Of a DNA stretch of 64,000 bases, positions 62,775 through 64,000 are shown piece after piece. Numbering within the stretch: the stretch's first letter is position 1; the number at the start of each line of letters is the position of its first letter. The position numbers and the translations under genes are program-made. Origin of the DNA: Octopus vulgaris (taxonomy: Eukaryota); contig OX597833.1 of assembly GCA_951406725.2 (NCBI GenBank), forward strand, positions 39,680,001 through 39,744,000, written 5' to 3'. The notes beneath the pieces are model-generated. The model saw only the letters and a list, made by a program, of their open reading frames with translations, did not search any database and was not told the DNA's origin.

Positions 62775-62970
62775 TCAACTGACGTACTTGCGTATACAAA
62801 TGCACGCTCCCACGGCTTTGTCAATCGAATTCTCACCTGGACTCGATTTTTGTAATTTTTCAAGACTTATGTATGCCCTAATACCGTCAGTATCTACATA
62901 TCAAATTTGAGCGAAATCAGATAGAGGATGCCCGAGATCCTAGAGACACACAGAACAGATTTTATATGAT
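62775..62970. mobile_element. Helitron-derived non-autonomous repeat, second copy
   Basis: Homologous to 36440-36652. Confidence 0.65.
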
Positions 62971-62990
62971 ATGGAGAGAGATGGAGAGTG

Positions 62991-63071
<81 letters not shown>

Positions 63072-63467
63072 CCATAAAAATCTCATGAGGCATGAGATAT
63101 GAGTATATTTATTTAACCACTTGACATCCTCCTGATGACAGTCATTTCATAACCTTCTTCATGTAGTAATAATTTCAGTGTGGAATAAAGCTATGTTTAC
63201 ATTTTTGCTTTAATATTCTTGCTATGCATTATACAATGCAATATAAAAAAGTCAATGCAAATAAAGAAATTTAGTTCATCAAATCACCAGAACATCATGG
63301 TTATACTAATGATTCAACTCTAAGTATACATACAAAATTATTTCTCTGTTTACACAATTTATGGAAGCCCAAAATTAGCTTCGTCTGGTTAGTAAAAATA
63401 AAAATATATTGTTTCATATCAATTAAGGTACTAGATATAAGTTCAGGTGTTTGACCATCCTTAATCC

Positions 63468-63870
63468 TCCTCATCATCATCATCGTTGTTTGACGTCCTC
63501 TTTCCATGCTGGCATGGGTTGGACGGTTTGACTGAGGACTGGCAAGCTAGATGGCTGCACCAGGCTCCAATCTGATCTGGCAGAGTTTCTATAGTTGGAT
63601 GCCCTTCCTAACACCAACCACTCCAAGAGTGTAGTGGGTGCTTTTATGTGCCACTGGAATGAGGGCAGGCAGTACTGGTGACAGCCATGCCTAAATGGTG
63701 TTTTTTATGTGCCACCTGCACAAGAGGCAGTCCAGTGGCACTGGCAAGACCTCGCTCAAGTGTTGTTTTTCACATGCCACTGGTACAATTGCCAGTAAGG
63801 TGACACTAGTTATGATCACGCTCGGATGGTACTTTTTATGTGTCAGTCAGCCAGTCAGCGACTCTGGCAC
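63468..63870 (-). mobile_element. RTE-type 3' UTR with tandem units
   Basis: (CAT)n, conserved tail, four ttttatgtgccac-type cores. Confidence 0.85.
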
Positions 63871-64000
63871 TTGATGTTAAAAGACAGGAAGGGATTAAAA
63901 GAAGTTAAGTAATTAAATAAAATATTAAAAAATAGCTTAAAAATGTACATAATATATATATATATATATATATGTATATAGATATATGTAAATACACACA

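Overview
AT-rich, microsatellite-dense eukaryotic genomic DNA with no intact long gene. The SINE, RTE and Dong repertoire points to a coleoid cephalopod, most likely Octopus (inference from repeat families). Almost all ORFs in the supplied track are microsatellite or SINE artefacts. Supported content: more than 20 copies of one dominant tRNA-derived SINE with an internal microsatellite; CORE-type and Nin-type SINEs, several with clean TSDs; RTE 3' fragments with (GAT)n tails; Dong/R4 elements stacked in (TAA)n; two near full-length DD34D mariners, other decayed mariners and a Tc3-like element; piggyBac, hAT, Helitron-like and Crypton-like MITEs; a long-TIR MITE carrying a TTAGGG array; and two Penelope GIY-YIG remnants. 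The most striking signal is about ten type I hammerhead-ribozyme motifs from several distinct short Penelope-like families, often next to (TA)n and fold-back inversions. Two of them have intact catalytic cores, and some copies start at the predicted cleavage site. Three phase-compatible candidate exons of an unidentified minus-strand host gene are also noted at low confidence. All alignments and pairings were done by eye, and repeat boundaries without TSD/TIR anchors are approximate.
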